Assembly (NCBI RefSeq): GCF_900544955.1
Contig: NZ_UQXD01000008.1
Span: 1,310-65,309 of the forward strand
Direction of reading: 5' to 3'
Origin: an uncultured Oscillibacter sp.
GTDB taxonomy: Bacteria; Bacillota; Clostridia; Oscillospirales; Oscillospiraceae
DNA: 64,000 nt
The notes under the pieces were generated by a model, which searched no databases, was not told where the DNA came from, and saw nothing but the letters and a program-made list of their open reading frames with translations. Below, piece after piece: positions 22,321 through 31,790 of this stretch (its first letter is position 1; every line of letters begins with the position of its first letter). Both the position numbers and the translations under genes were made by a program.

Positions 22321-24240
22321 TCAGAGGGCGCCGCCGTAGATGGTCCAGCCGTCCCGGCCCCGGGCCTTGGTCTCGTACAGGGCGGTGTCCGCGTGGCGGT
22401 ACAGGGTCTCAAAGTCCCTGCCGTGGTCCGGCGCCAGGGCGATGCCGATACTGACGGTGATCTCCCAGGTGCCGCCGCCGTCGGCGGTGTGGGTGCGGCG
22501 CAGGGCGCGGACCAGCGATTCCGCCTGCTGTTCCACCCACTGCCGGTCCGGCACCGGCAGAAAGACGGCGAACTCGTCGCCGCCGATGCGGCCGATCAGC
22601 TCCCCCGGCGGGAAGGCGCGGCGCAGGAGGTCCGACAGGGCGGTGATGACGGAGTCGCCGAAGGCGTGGCCGAAGCGGTCGTTGGCGCTTTTGAACTGGT
22701 CGATGTCCAGGATGAAGAAGGCGAAGCGGCCGCTGGGGGCGTTGGCCAGCAGGCGGTCGATGTACCGCCGGGTGGCGGTTTTGGTGAGCAGGCCCGTCAT
22801 CTCGTCGGTCCAGGCCATGGCCTGGAGCCGCTCTTCCTGCCGCTTCTCCGCGTCGATGTTCTGGCGGTAGACGAACATCCGCAGCGAGCCGTCGCTCTCC
22901 AGCCGGACCAGCCGGGCGGTGACGCGCATCCAGCAGTCGGTCTGCCCGTCTGGGGAGGAGAGGAACTCGTAGCGCAGGGAGTCCTGGCCGTTTTCATAGG
23001 CCTGCTGCACATGGTCCGGGGAGAAGGTGTTCAGATAGCCCTGGCGGAAGGGCTCGTTGATCTGCCGGGCGGCGATGAGGCGCAGGCTCTCGTCGTAGGG
23101 GATCTTCGGCGGCAGGCCCAGGCTCTCGAAATAGGCCTCCGCGGCGGGATCGGCGGGGCGGTTGTGGGTGATGTCCAGCTCGTAGATGTCGTCGAACATC
23201 TCCTGGGTGGCCTGGGCGAAGACGGAGCGCCGCTCCGCCTCCCTGGACTGGGTCAGGGAGATGATCTGGCGGTTGAAGGAGCGGATCACGTGGGTGATGA
23301 TGAAGAGGATGACGGCCACGATCAGCAGGATGATCGAGAGCGTGGCCAGCACCTGGGCCCGGAGGGTGTGCATCAGCTCCTCGGTGGACTCCTCCACCAC
23401 CAGGTGCCACTCCAGGTCCGGCAGGTAGCGGGTGACCACGAAGCTCTTCCGCTCCGGGGTCCAGAAGCTGCGGGGGGTGTCCTCCGTCTGCCAGTCCAGA
23501 ATCTGGTCCAGAATGGCGCCGTCAAAGCCGCTGACCTCCAGGAGGGACACCCCGTCGTAGCCGGTGTGGTCCGGGGAGATGGCGATGGTGCCGCTGCGGT
23601 CCGTCAGGTAGGTGTTGACGCCGAAGGTCTCCTGGTAGCCCGCCAGCAGCTGCTGGAGGCTGTCGATCCGCAGTCCCACGCCCACCACGCCCAGCAGCCG
23701 CCCGTCCCGGCCGCGGATTTTGCAGTTGACGAACACGGTGATGTCGTTGTCGGCCCCGGCCACCTCGTCGTTGTCCACCACCACCTCGTAGTCCGTGTTG
23801 TCCGCCAGCAGGCGGAAGTACCAGTCGTTTTCCGGGTTCTCCGGCGTCAGCACCCGGTCCAGGCCGTTGAAATTGTAGTAGCGCCGGGTGGCGCAGGACA
23901 CCAGGAATATGGAGTCGTAGCCGTATTTCTGCCGGTAGGTGTCCAGATAGTTCCGCAGCAGCTCCAGATAGTCCTCCGGCGGGTTCTCCGCGGTCTCCTG
24001 GCGTAAAAGGCCCTTGAGCAGGCTGTCGTTGGCCATGGTGAGAGAGGTGGTGAGGGGGCGGGAGAAGGTGGTGTACATCTGATAGTAGATGCTTCCGGAG
24101 GTGAGGGAGGAGACCTGCTCAATGGTTTCCAGGGCGCTGTCGTAGTTGGCCCGGTAGCTGAGCACCGCGGTGAGCAGGAAGCCGACGACGATGATGCCGC
24201 AGACCAGCAGGTTCGTTCGCAGCAGGATGTTTTTCTTCAA
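22321..24240 (-). CDS. Membrane sensor diguanylate cyclase (Cache - PAS-like - GGDEF)
   Basis: Two TM segments flanking an extracellular domain; DEMTGL, DIDQFKSANDRFGH..GD, GRIGGDEF; TTG start. Confidence 0.9.
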   Translation of the reverse strand: MKKNILLRTNLLVCGIIVVGFLLTAVLSYRANYDSALETIEQVSSLTSGSIYYQMYTTFSRPLTTSLTMANDSLLKGLLRQETAENPPEDYLELLRNYLDTYRQKYGYDSIFLVSCATRRYYNFNGLDRVLTPENPENDWYFRLLADNTDYEVVVDNDEVAGADNDITVFVNCKIRGRDGRLLGVVGVGLRIDSLQQLLAGYQETFGVNTYLTDRSGTIAISPDHTGYDGVSLLEVSGFDGAILDQILDWQTEDTPRSFWTPERKSFVVTRYLPDLEWHLVVEESTEELMHTLRAQVLATLSIILLIVAVILFIITHVIRSFNRQIISLTQSREAERRSVFAQATQEMFDDIYELDITHNRPADPAAEAYFESLGLPPKIPYDESLRLIAARQINEPFRQGYLNTFSPDHVQQAYENGQDSLRYEFLSSPDGQTDCWMRVTARLVRLESDGSLRMFVYRQNIDAEKRQEERLQAMAWTDEMTGLLTKTATRRYIDRLLANAPSGRFAFFILDIDQFKSANDRFGHAFGDSVITALSDLLRRAFPPGELIGRIGGDEFAVFLPVPDRQWVEQQAESLVRALRRTHTADGGGTWEITVSIGIALAPDHGRDFETLYRHADTALYETKARGRDGWTIYGGAL

Positions 24241-24318
24241 GGGAGAGCCCTCCTTCCCGGGGCTTCATTATATGCGCTTTTCTGCGGGAATGCAAGGCGG
24301 CCTCCCCCGGAAAGACGG

Positions 24319-24353
24319 AAAACCGGCGCGGCAGATGGTCTGCCGCGCCGGTT
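24319..24353 (-). terminator. Terminator after the SufB-like gene
   Basis: AACCGGCGCGGCAGA/TCTGCCGCGCCGGTT stem. Confidence 0.65.
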
Positions 24354-24367
24354 CAAAAGCGGGAAGC

Positions 24368-25294
24368 TCAGGCCAGGAAGCCCTTCAGGATGCAGTCCTC
24401 GGCCTCCTCCTCCGTCAGGCCCAGGGTTTCCAGTTTCAAGAGCTGGTCCCCGGCGATTTTGCCGATGGCCGCCTCGTGGACCAGCTGGGCCTCGGTGCAG
24501 TTGGCGGTGATGGCGGGGATGGACTTGATCTTGGCGTCCCCCATGATGATGGAGTCGCACTGGACGTGGCCGAAGCACAGGGCGTTGCCCACCATTCGGG
24601 GGTAGAAGACCTGGCTGGACGCGTCCTGGGCCACCGATCGGGAGATGACCCGGCCCCGGGAGTCCTCGCCGTCCAGCACGATCTCCATGTCGCTCTCCGC
24701 CACCTGCTCGCCGTGGGTCAGCAGCCGCTCCGTGATGACGGCCTCGGCCCCCTTGCCGCAGACGATCTTGGTGTAGCGCTTGGTGGAGTCGATGCCCCGG
24801 ATCTGGGTGGTCTCCATCTGGATGGAGGCCCCCTCCTCCAGGTAGACGATGGTCTGGGGGTTCATGATCCTGCCGCCCCTGCCATCGCCGTCGCCGTAGT
24901 GCTTTTCCGTGTAGCGGACGTGGGAGTGCTTGCCCACGTAGAAGGTGTGGATGCCGTCGTGGCGGGAGGCCTGGTCGCCGCAGTTGTGGATGCCGCAGCC
25001 GGCCACAATGTTCACATCGCAGTGTTCCCCGATGTAGAAGTCGTTGTAGACCATCTCCTCCACGCCGGGCTTGGTGATGATGACGGGAATGTGGCAGGTC
25101 TCGCCCACGGTACCGTCCTTCACCCGGATGTCGATGCCGGACTTGCCGTCGCTCTTGCCGGTGATCTCAATGTGCTCCGTGGACTGGCGGCCGTCGCAGC
25201 CGCTGTCCTTGCGGATGTTGAAGGCACCCACCGGCTTGCCCAGCAAATCCGCGATTTTCTCCAGCAGCGCCCGGTCAACCTCGTTTTCCATCAT
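24368..25294 (-). CDS. SufB/SufD-family Fe-S scaffold (SmsB-like)
   Basis: GCGIHN, SRSVAQD, GHVQCDSII, AQLVHEAAIGKIAGDQLLKL..LGLTEEEA. Confidence 0.9.
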   Translation of the reverse strand: MMENEVDRALLEKIADLLGKPVGAFNIRKDSGCDGRQSTEHIEITGKSDGKSGIDIRVKDGTVGETCHIPVIITKPGVEEMVYNDFYIGEHCDVNIVAGCGIHNCGDQASRHDGIHTFYVGKHSHVRYTEKHYGDGDGRGGRIMNPQTIVYLEEGASIQMETTQIRGIDSTKRYTKIVCGKGAEAVITERLLTHGEQVAESDMEIVLDGEDSRGRVISRSVAQDASSQVFYPRMVGNALCFGHVQCDSIIMGDAKIKSIPAITANCTEAQLVHEAAIGKIAGDQLLKLETLGLTEEEAEDCILKGFLA

Positions 25295-26031
25295 TGGGCC
25301 TTCGCCTCCTTCGTCAAAACCGGGCAGGCGCCCGTGGTGTCCGCCAGAATCTGGGGCAGAATCTCCGAGGCCGAGCCCCGGTGGCGGATGGCGCCGTCGC
25401 CCACCACAATGACCTCGTCCGCCAGGGAGATGATGCGCTCCTGATGGGAGATGATGATCATGGTGGCGGTGCCGGCGGCGTGAATCTGCTCAAAGGTCTC
25501 CGTCAGCCGGGCGAAGCTCCACAGGTCGATGCCCGCCTCCGGCTCGTCGAAGATCATCAGCTGGCTGTTCCGGGCCAGGATGGAGGCGATCTCAATGCGC
25601 TTGACCTCGCCGCCGGAGAGGGACACGTCCACCTCCCGGTCCAGGTAGTCGTTGGCGCACAGGCCCACCTTGGTGAGGTACTGGCAGCACCGGTCCTTGG
25701 AGAGCTGCTGGTCCCCGGAGGCCAGGGTCAGCAGGTCCCGGACCGTCAGCCCCTTGAAGCGGGGGGGCTGCTGGAACCCGTAGCTGATGCCAAGGCGCGC
25801 CCGCTCCGTGATGCCCAGGTCCGTGATGTCCCGGCCGTTCCAGAGAATCCGGCCGGAGGTGGGGGTCACCAGGCCCATGACCGTCTTGGCCAGGGTGGTC
25901 TTGCCGCCGCCGTTGGGGCCGGTGAAGACCACCAGCTTGTGGTCGTCGATGGTAAGGGAGATATCGTTCAAGATTCCCAGCTCCCCGTCGCCCTCGCGGA
26001 CGGAGTAGCTGATTGACTGCAGTTCCAACAT
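25291..26031 (-). CDS. SufC-like ABC ATPase (SmsC-like)
   Basis: GPNGGGKTT, ERARLGI, FQQP, LSGGEVKRIEI, DEPEAGID; ATGA overlap with the SufB-like gene. Confidence 0.9.
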   Translation of the reverse strand: MLELQSISYSVREGDGELGILNDISLTIDDHKLVVFTGPNGGGKTTLAKTVMGLVTPTSGRILWNGRDITDLGITERARLGISYGFQQPPRFKGLTVRDLLTLASGDQQLSKDRCCQYLTKVGLCANDYLDREVDVSLSGGEVKRIEIASILARNSQLMIFDEPEAGIDLWSFARLTETFEQIHAAGTATMIIISHQERIISLADEVIVVGDGAIRHRGSASEILPQILADTTGACPVLTKEAKAQ

Positions 26032-26076
26032 GTGATCGGAACCTCCTTTGATGGCAAAAATGCTCACAGCTTGACT

Positions 26077-26105
26077 ATTTTAACAGAATGTGCAGCAAAA
26101 TGCAA
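26077..26105 (-). promoter_or_regulatory. SigA promoter of the sufC/sufB-like pair
   Basis: Minus strand TTGCAT-17-TAAAAT. Confidence 0.7.
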
Positions 26106-26175
26106 CGCGGGGGCGGGACTTTCCAAGAGTATTTTACCCGGTTTTGGAAGAGTTACCTGTTGCCGCGGCAACAGG

Positions 26176-26203
26176 TACGATTTTTTTGTCCCACGCATAG
26201 ACT
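26176..26203 (+). promoter_or_regulatory. SigK/SigE-type promoter candidate
   Basis: TACG-16-CATAGACT. Confidence 0.55.
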
Positions 26204-26226
26204 GAAGGGAAAAGGAGGGACCGTTT

Positions 26227-26877
26227 ATGGATCAACCAATACATAGTCCTGAGGTGTACGATTTCCGGCAGTATGACCAGGTGTGGCAGCGGGTGGCCCC
26301 GGGCCTGGAGCCCTATCCCGGCGCGCGGCGGGAGGAGCTGACGATGCCCGCGGCCACCGCCCCCACGCCTGCGGAGCCCACCGTCTCCGCCCTGACGCCC
26401 GTCCAGACCCGCCAGGAGAGCCAGCTGCCCGGCGCGGAGCCGGACCCCTGCTGCATGGGCAGCGCGGCGGCGGAGATGCTCTCCGTGCTCACCGGCTTCA
26501 TCGAGGAGGAGCTGGGGGACCGGCGCTACTACCTGGCCCTGGCCCGCCAGGCCCCCACCTGGGCCCGGCAGCGGCTGCGGGACATCGCCGCGGACGAGGG
26601 CGGCCACGCCCGGCGGCTGATGGCGGTGTACTATCTCATCACCGCCACCTGCTACCGGCCCAACGTCAGCTGCGAGCGCATCTACATCGGCCGGTGGTGC
26701 CCCGCCCTGCGGGAGCGGTACCACGCCGAGGCCTGCAACGGCCTCAACTACGCCCGGGCGGCGGACGGCACCACGGACGTGTGCCTGGCGAAGCTGCTCA
26801 AGGAGCTCAGCGCCGACGAGTACCGCCACGCCGGGGAGCTGATGAGCCTGCTGGAGCGGGGGCTGCAAAACGGATGA
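26227..26877 (+). CDS. Ferritin-like four-helix protein, probably spore-associated
   Basis: Paired E...Y/DExxH motifs (EELGDRRYY..DEGGH; EACNGLNY..DEYRH); Pro/Thr-rich N-terminus. Confidence 0.75.
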   Translation: MDQPIHSPEVYDFRQYDQVWQRVAPGLEPYPGARREELTMPAATAPTPAEPTVSALTPVQTRQESQLPGAEPDPCCMGSAAAEMLSVLTGFIEEELGDRRYYLALARQAPTWARQRLRDIAADEGGHARRLMAVYYLITATCYRPNVSCERIYIGRWCPALRERYHAEACNGLNYARAADGTTDVCLAKLLKELSADEYRHAGELMSLLERGLQNG

Positions 26878-27022
26878 GGCGGAGCCGGGGCGCGGGGCGC
26901 CCCGGACCGCCGGGATCGGGAGGGGAGGCCGGGCGCCGCGGCGCCCGGCCCCTTTTTGCCCTTGCCGGACGGGAACGGATGTGCTATACTTGCCTCAATT
27001 TGAATGACCGACGGAGGGCGCC

Positions 27023-27706
27023 ATGTTTACCGGATTTACCGACGAGACCGTGGATTTCATGTGGGGCATCCGCTTCAACAACGAGCGGACCTGGTTTGAA
27101 TCCCACAAGAACCTCTACCTGGAGCACTTCTACCGCCCCATGGTGGAGCTGGGAGACGAGATTTACGAATTTTTACAGGAGAAGCGACCGGACTATGGCC
27201 TGATCCGCAAGGTGACCCGCATCTACCGGGACGCCCGCCGCCTCCACGGCCGGGGGCCCTACAAGGAGAGCCTGTGGTTCTCCGTGGAGCAGCCCTCGGA
27301 GCAGTGGACCGCCCACCCCACCTTCTGGTTTGAGCTGATGCCGGAGGGGTGGACCTACGGCATGGGCTACTACCTGCCGAGGCCCCTCACCATGGCCAAG
27401 CTCCGCGCCCGCATCGACCGGGACCCGGCGGCGATGGAGCGGCTGACCCGGGCGCTGGAGCGGCAGGAGGAGTTTGTGCTGGAGGCGGAGGACTACAAGC
27501 GCCCCCGGGCCCAGGCCCCCTCCCCGCTGCTGGAGCCCTGGTACCGGATGAAGTCCTTCAGCATCTGCCACAGCGAGGAGCTGACGGACGAGCTCTTCGG
27601 CCGGGGGATTGTGGACCGGCTGAAGCGGGGGTACGACTTCTTGCTGCCCTACTACGACTACTTTGTGACGCTGGACGGGGATCCGGATCCCCGGGAGGCG
27701 GTGTGA
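27023..27706 (+). CDS. DUF2461-family protein
   Basis: MFTGF...NNERTWFESHK..Y and RIYRDAR...PYK signature. Confidence 0.85.
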   Translation: MFTGFTDETVDFMWGIRFNNERTWFESHKNLYLEHFYRPMVELGDEIYEFLQEKRPDYGLIRKVTRIYRDARRLHGRGPYKESLWFSVEQPSEQWTAHPTFWFELMPEGWTYGMGYYLPRPLTMAKLRARIDRDPAAMERLTRALERQEEFVLEAEDYKRPRAQAPSPLLEPWYRMKSFSICHSEELTDELFGRGIVDRLKRGYDFLLPYYDYFVTLDGDPDPREAV

Positions 27707-27707
27707 C

Positions 27708-28270
27708 GTGAGACGGTTGCCGGTCCTGCTGGCGGTCTGCCTGCTGCTGGCGGGCTGCGGGGCGGTCCCCCCGCCGGCGCCCGTTGCAGAGGCGTCTTTG
27801 CCGCTGGAATTGATGGAGGATCCCGGCGCGGAGACGGCGGTGGAATCCGCCGCAGCCTATGGGGACGTGACGGCCTCCGCGGTCCGCTGCCGCATGGAAT
27901 AGGCGGACGTTCAGCCGGGACGCACGGTATCCGTCGCCGACCTGGACCTCCGGTTTCCCCGGATCTCCGGCGTGCCGGAGGCGGACGCGGTGAATCTGAT
28001 GCTGCTGGACACGGCGCTGCAGACGGTGCGGTGGGATGCGACCGCCGCCAACGCGGCGGAGAGCTTCCGGCAGGAGGAGCGCATATGCGAGGAGATGGGC
28101 AGCGATTCCAAAGCGTTTTATCGGATGGCCTGGTCGGGGAGATGGAGTTCACCCCGCTGCTGTGCGATGGGCGCTATCTCTCGGTGCTGTACGCCGGGAG
28201 GAATGCGGACGGCAACGGCGTAAATCTCCAGACGTATCCCCTGACCATCGACCTGGAACGGGCGGCCTGG
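27708..28270 (+). pseudogene. Disrupted lipoprotein gene (nonsense codon plus frameshift)
   Basis: Lipobox LLAGC; TAG at 27900-02 with the same frame open beyond it; frame switch at G4 run 28136-39; 3' end approximate. Confidence 0.7.
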
Positions 28271-28352
28271 ACGGCGGGGCCCTCTCTCTCCGGTTTTGCT
28301 TTTTCAATTCCCTGGACGGGTACGGCCTTTGGAAAGTCCCCGGCGCCGGGGC

Positions 28353-28381
28353 TTGAAAAGCGCGCGAAATGCGGCTATACT
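28353..28381 (+). promoter_or_regulatory. SigA promoter
   Basis: TTGAAA-17-TATACT. Confidence 0.75.
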
Positions 28382-28419
28382 GGCAGAAACGGATTTTGAA
28401 TACAAAAGGAGAGATCGCC

Positions 28420-29004
28420 ATGAAAACCTGCCCCCACCGCGCGGCGGCCCTGGCGCTGCTGCGCAAGTATAACGGAGAGCCCTTCCACATCCAGCATGCC
28501 CTGACGGTGGAGGGCGTGATGAGCTGGTACGCGGAGGAGCTGGGCCACGGCGCGGACCGGGACTTCTGGGCCACGGTGGGGCTGCTCCACGACGTGGATT
28601 TTGAGCGGTGGCCGGAGGAGCACTGCAAAAAGGCCCCGGAGCTGCTGGCGGAGATCGGCTGCGGCGAGGAATTCGTCCGCGCCGTGTGCTGCCACGGCTA
28701 CGGCCTCTGCTCCGACGTGGAGCCGGTCCACGAGATGGAGAAGGTCCTCTTTGCGGCGGACGAGCTGACGGGCCTCATCGGCGCGGCGGCCCTGATGCGG
28801 CCCAGCAAGAGCGTCTGCGATATGGAGGTCAGCTCCTTGAAAAAGAAGTTCAAGGACAAGAAGTTTGCCGCCGGCTGCTCCCGGGACGTCATCCGGGAGG
28901 GGGCGGAGCGCCTGGGCTGGCCGCTGGAGGAGCTGATGGAGAAGACCATCCTGGCCATGCGGTCCTGCGAGGAGCGGATCAACGCCGAGCTGGAAGGGCT
29001 GTAA
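28420..29004 (+). CDS. HD-superfamily hydrolase
   Basis: HALTVEGVM, GLLHDVDFE, LFAADELTGLI, KKKFKDKKFAAG. Confidence 0.9.
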   Translation: MKTCPHRAAALALLRKYNGEPFHIQHALTVEGVMSWYAEELGHGADRDFWATVGLLHDVDFERWPEEHCKKAPELLAEIGCGEEFVRAVCCHGYGLCSDVEPVHEMEKVLFAADELTGLIGAAALMRPSKSVCDMEVSSLKKKFKDKKFAAGCSRDVIREGAERLGWPLEELMEKTILAMRSCEERINAELEGL

Positions 29005-29146
29005 GACCATCTCCCCGCGTTTTCCTTTGGAAAACGTGGGGAGATTTGCATTCTGCCGCCCTCCAAAGGCCTTTGGGCGGTACAGGCCTTGCCCAACCCG
29101 CCGGAAACCGCTATGCTCAGGGTGTCGGCCGACAGAGGAGGGATTT

Positions 29147-29584
29147 ATGAAGATCACAGTGGAACACAGAGACGTGCCGGAGAACGAGGTGGTCCTGCGC
29201 TGCCGGGAGCTGGACGGGGAGATGCTCCACATCCTCTCGCTCCTGCGCTCCGGCATGCAGACCCTCTGCGCCTGGACGGAGGAGCGGGAGCCGGTGTTCC
29301 TCCGGCCCGGGGAAGTGCTGTACGCGGAGTCGGTGGAGGAGCGGACGTGGCTGTACTGCGAGGAGGCGGTGTGGCCCACGGCCCTGACCCTCTTGGAGCT
29401 GGAGAGCCGGTACGAGCCCCTGGGCTTTTGCCGGGCCAGCCGGTCCATGGTGGTGAATCTCCACGGCATCCGAAAGCTGCGCAGCTGCGCCGCTGGGCGG
29501 ATTGAGGCCACCATGCGCAACGGCGAGCGGGTGTTGATCTCACGGCACTACGCGCCGCTTCTGCGGGAGCGGCTGGGCATGTAA
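29147..29584 (+). CDS. LytTR-domain transcriptional regulator with no receiver domain
   Basis: VLYAES, LLELE, FCRASRSMVVNL..I, ISRHY; TTGCCC-17-TATGCT upstream. Confidence 0.9.
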   Translation: MKITVEHRDVPENEVVLRCRELDGEMLHILSLLRSGMQTLCAWTEEREPVFLRPGEVLYAESVEERTWLYCEEAVWPTALTLLELESRYEPLGFCRASRSMVVNLHGIRKLRSCAAGRIEATMRNGERVLISRHYAPLLRERLGM

Positions 29585-29595
29585 AGGAGGCGGCT

Positions 29596-30039
29596 ATGAG
29601 CGAATTTTTACAGGCGTACCGGTGGGGAATGGATGTGAAGCGGTACATGGGACTGTACTTTTTGTCCCTGGTGGGCGTCCGGGGGGCGGTGAGCCTGCTC
29701 CAGGGCAGCGGGCAGATGGCGGTTTGGACCGTCTTTCAAATGATGGCGGCCTGTCTGCTGCTGGCGCTGGCGGAGATGCCCCTCTTCCCGGACCGGGAGC
29801 TGAGCCGGAGGGCGCTGGCGGGGCGCACCGCCGCGTGGGCGGCCCTGGCCAACGGGCTGTTCGCCGGGGGGGGCCTGGCGCTGGGGTGGTTTTCCGGCGT
29901 CCCCCTTTGGGGAGGGGCGGTGCTGGCGGCGCTGCTGGAGCTGGGCCTTTTGGCCGTGTGGGTGGGACGGCACGCCGCCCGGCGGCGGGACACCCGGACC
30001 CTGAACGAGAACCTGCGCCAGTTTCAGGGGGAGCCGTGA
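29596..30039 (+). CDS. Four-TM membrane protein (DUF3021-like), partner of the LytTR regulator
   Basis: Four hydrophobic segments; C-terminal DTRTLNENLRQFQ; AAGGAGG RBS. Confidence 0.7.
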   Translation: MSEFLQAYRWGMDVKRYMGLYFLSLVGVRGAVSLLQGSGQMAVWTVFQMMAACLLLALAEMPLFPDRELSRRALAGRTAAWAALANGLFAGGGLALGWFSGVPLWGGAVLAALLELGLLAVWVGRHAARRRDTRTLNENLRQFQGEP

Positions 30040-30064
30040 GCTATTCCCCGCTTCGGCGGGGCAT

Positions 30065-30100
30065 AAAAAAGAGGCCGCCGTTTCAAACGGCGGCCTCTTT
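30065..30100. terminator. Bidirectional terminator
   Basis: AAAGAGGCCGCCG/CGGCGGCCTCTTT. Confidence 0.85.
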
Positions 30101-30103
30101 GGG

Positions 30104-31774
30104 TCATTCCATGGAGATGATATAGTAATAGACGGGTTGGCCGCCGGAGAGGACAGCCACCTCCGCGTCGGGACAGGCGGCCTCGAAGAGCTGTCCGGCC
30201 CGCTGGGCCTCCTCCTCGGTCACGTCCTCGCCGAAGTAGAGGGAGAGGAAGGAGGCGTCCCGCGCCACGGCGTCCGCCGCCAGCTGCTCCAGCAGGGCGT
30301 CCAGGGAGCTGCCGGTGCCGAAGAGTTTGCCCTCCTCCAGGGCCAGATAGTCCCCCTCCTTGATGGCGAAACCGTCAAAGTCGGAGTCCCGGGCGGCGTA
30401 GGTGATCTGGGCGGTGGTGACGGTGGAGAGGCTCTCGGTCATGGCGTCGGTGATGGCCTGGGCGTCTGGGGCCTCGAAATCCACGTTCATCATGGCGGTG
30501 ATGCCCTGGGGCACCGTCTTGGTGGGGATGACCACCACGTGCTTCTCCGTCAGGGCGCTGCACTGCTGGGCGGCCATGATGATGTTGCTGTTGTTGGGCA
30601 GAATGAACACAGTCTCGGCGGGGATTTTCTCCACCCCCGCCAGCAGGCTCTCGGTGGAGGGGTTCATGGTCTGCCCGCCGGAGACCACGCCGTCGGCGCC
30701 CAGGTCCCGGAACACGGCGGCCAGGCCCTCCCCGGCGCACACCGCCAGGAAGCCGTAGGCCTTCTCCGGCTGGGCGGGGGCCTGGGGCGCCTCCTGGGCC
30801 GCCTCCAGATCGTCCACGCTCTGGGCCGCCCTGCCGGCGGCCAGGTCGTCGGCCTGGGTGCGCATGTTCTCGATCTTGGCCAGCTCCAGGGTGCCGTACT
30901 TCTGGGCCTCGCTGAGGGCGCTGCCGGGGATGTCGGTGTGGACGTGGACCTTGAAGGCCTCGTCGTCCTCGCCGATCACCAGGCTGTCGCCGATGCCGGC
31001 GAGATAGGCCCGCAGCGGCTCCAGGGACTTCTCCACCGTCTTGCGGACAATGAACACCGTGTCGAAGGTGAAGGTGATGTCCTCGCCGGAGAGGGCGGCG
31101 AAATCCGCCTTCTCCTGGGCGGGGGCGCTCTCCGCCTCCGCTGTCTCCGGCAGCGGCTCGCCCCGCAGGGCCGCCAGCATCCCCTCCAGGATCAGCAGGT
31201 AGCCCTTGCCGCCGGCGTCCACCACCCCGGCCTTTTTCAGCACCGGGTTCATCTCGATGGTCTGGGCCAGGGCCTCGTAGCCCTCCCGGATGGCCTCCGC
31301 CAGCACGGCCTCCACGTCGGTCTCCCCGGCGGCGGCCGCGTCCACGGCCCGCTTGGCCGCCAGGCGGGACACGGTGAGGACGGTGCCCTCGGCGGGCTTC
31401 ATCACCGCCTTATAGGCGGAGGAGACGCCCTCCTGCATGGCGGCGGCGAAGGCGGCGGCGTCGGCGCTCTCCCGGCCCTTCAGGCCCTTGGAGAGGCCCC
31501 GAAACAGCAGGGAGAGGATGACGCCGGAGTTGCCGCGGGCGCCCCGCAGCAGGGCGGAGGCGGTGAGGTCGGCGGCCTTGGTCAGCGTGGGGGGCTCGGT
31601 TTTGCGCAGCTCCGCCACGGCGGCGCCGATGGTCATGGACATGTTGGTGCCGGTGTCGCCGTCGGGGACGGGGAACACGTTCAGGTCGTTGATGGCCTGC
31701 TTCTGGCCGGTGATAACGGCGGCGCCGTGGAGCATCATCTGCTTGAACAGCGCGCCGGTGATTTGTTCGTTCAT
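30104..31774 (-). CDS. fakA: DAK2-domain fatty acid kinase subunit A (YloV/FakA)
   Basis: NVFPVPDGDTGTNM, GARGNSGVILS, GGQTMNPS, GGQPVYYY. Confidence 0.93.
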   Translation of the reverse strand: MNEQITGALFKQMMLHGAAVITGQKQAINDLNVFPVPDGDTGTNMSMTIGAAVAELRKTEPPTLTKAADLTASALLRGARGNSGVILSLLFRGLSKGLKGRESADAAAFAAAMQEGVSSAYKAVMKPAEGTVLTVSRLAAKRAVDAAAAGETDVEAVLAEAIREGYEALAQTIEMNPVLKKAGVVDAGGKGYLLILEGMLAALRGEPLPETAEAESAPAQEKADFAALSGEDITFTFDTVFIVRKTVEKSLEPLRAYLAGIGDSLVIGEDDEAFKVHVHTDIPGSALSEAQKYGTLELAKIENMRTQADDLAAGRAAQSVDDLEAAQEAPQAPAQPEKAYGFLAVCAGEGLAAVFRDLGADGVVSGGQTMNPSTESLLAGVEKIPAETVFILPNNSNIIMAAQQCSALTEKHVVVIPTKTVPQGITAMMNVDFEAPDAQAITDAMTESLSTVTTAQITYAARDSDFDGFAIKEGDYLALEEGKLFGTGSSLDALLEQLAADAVARDASFLSLYFGEDVTEEEAQRAGQLFEAACPDAEVAVLSGGQPVYYYIISME

Positions 31775-31790
31775 TCCTTCTGTTCCTCCC

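Noticed and set aside
27900..27902. Pyrrolysine or amber readthrough
   Set aside because: The same gene also has a frameshift, and no pyl genes are in the window
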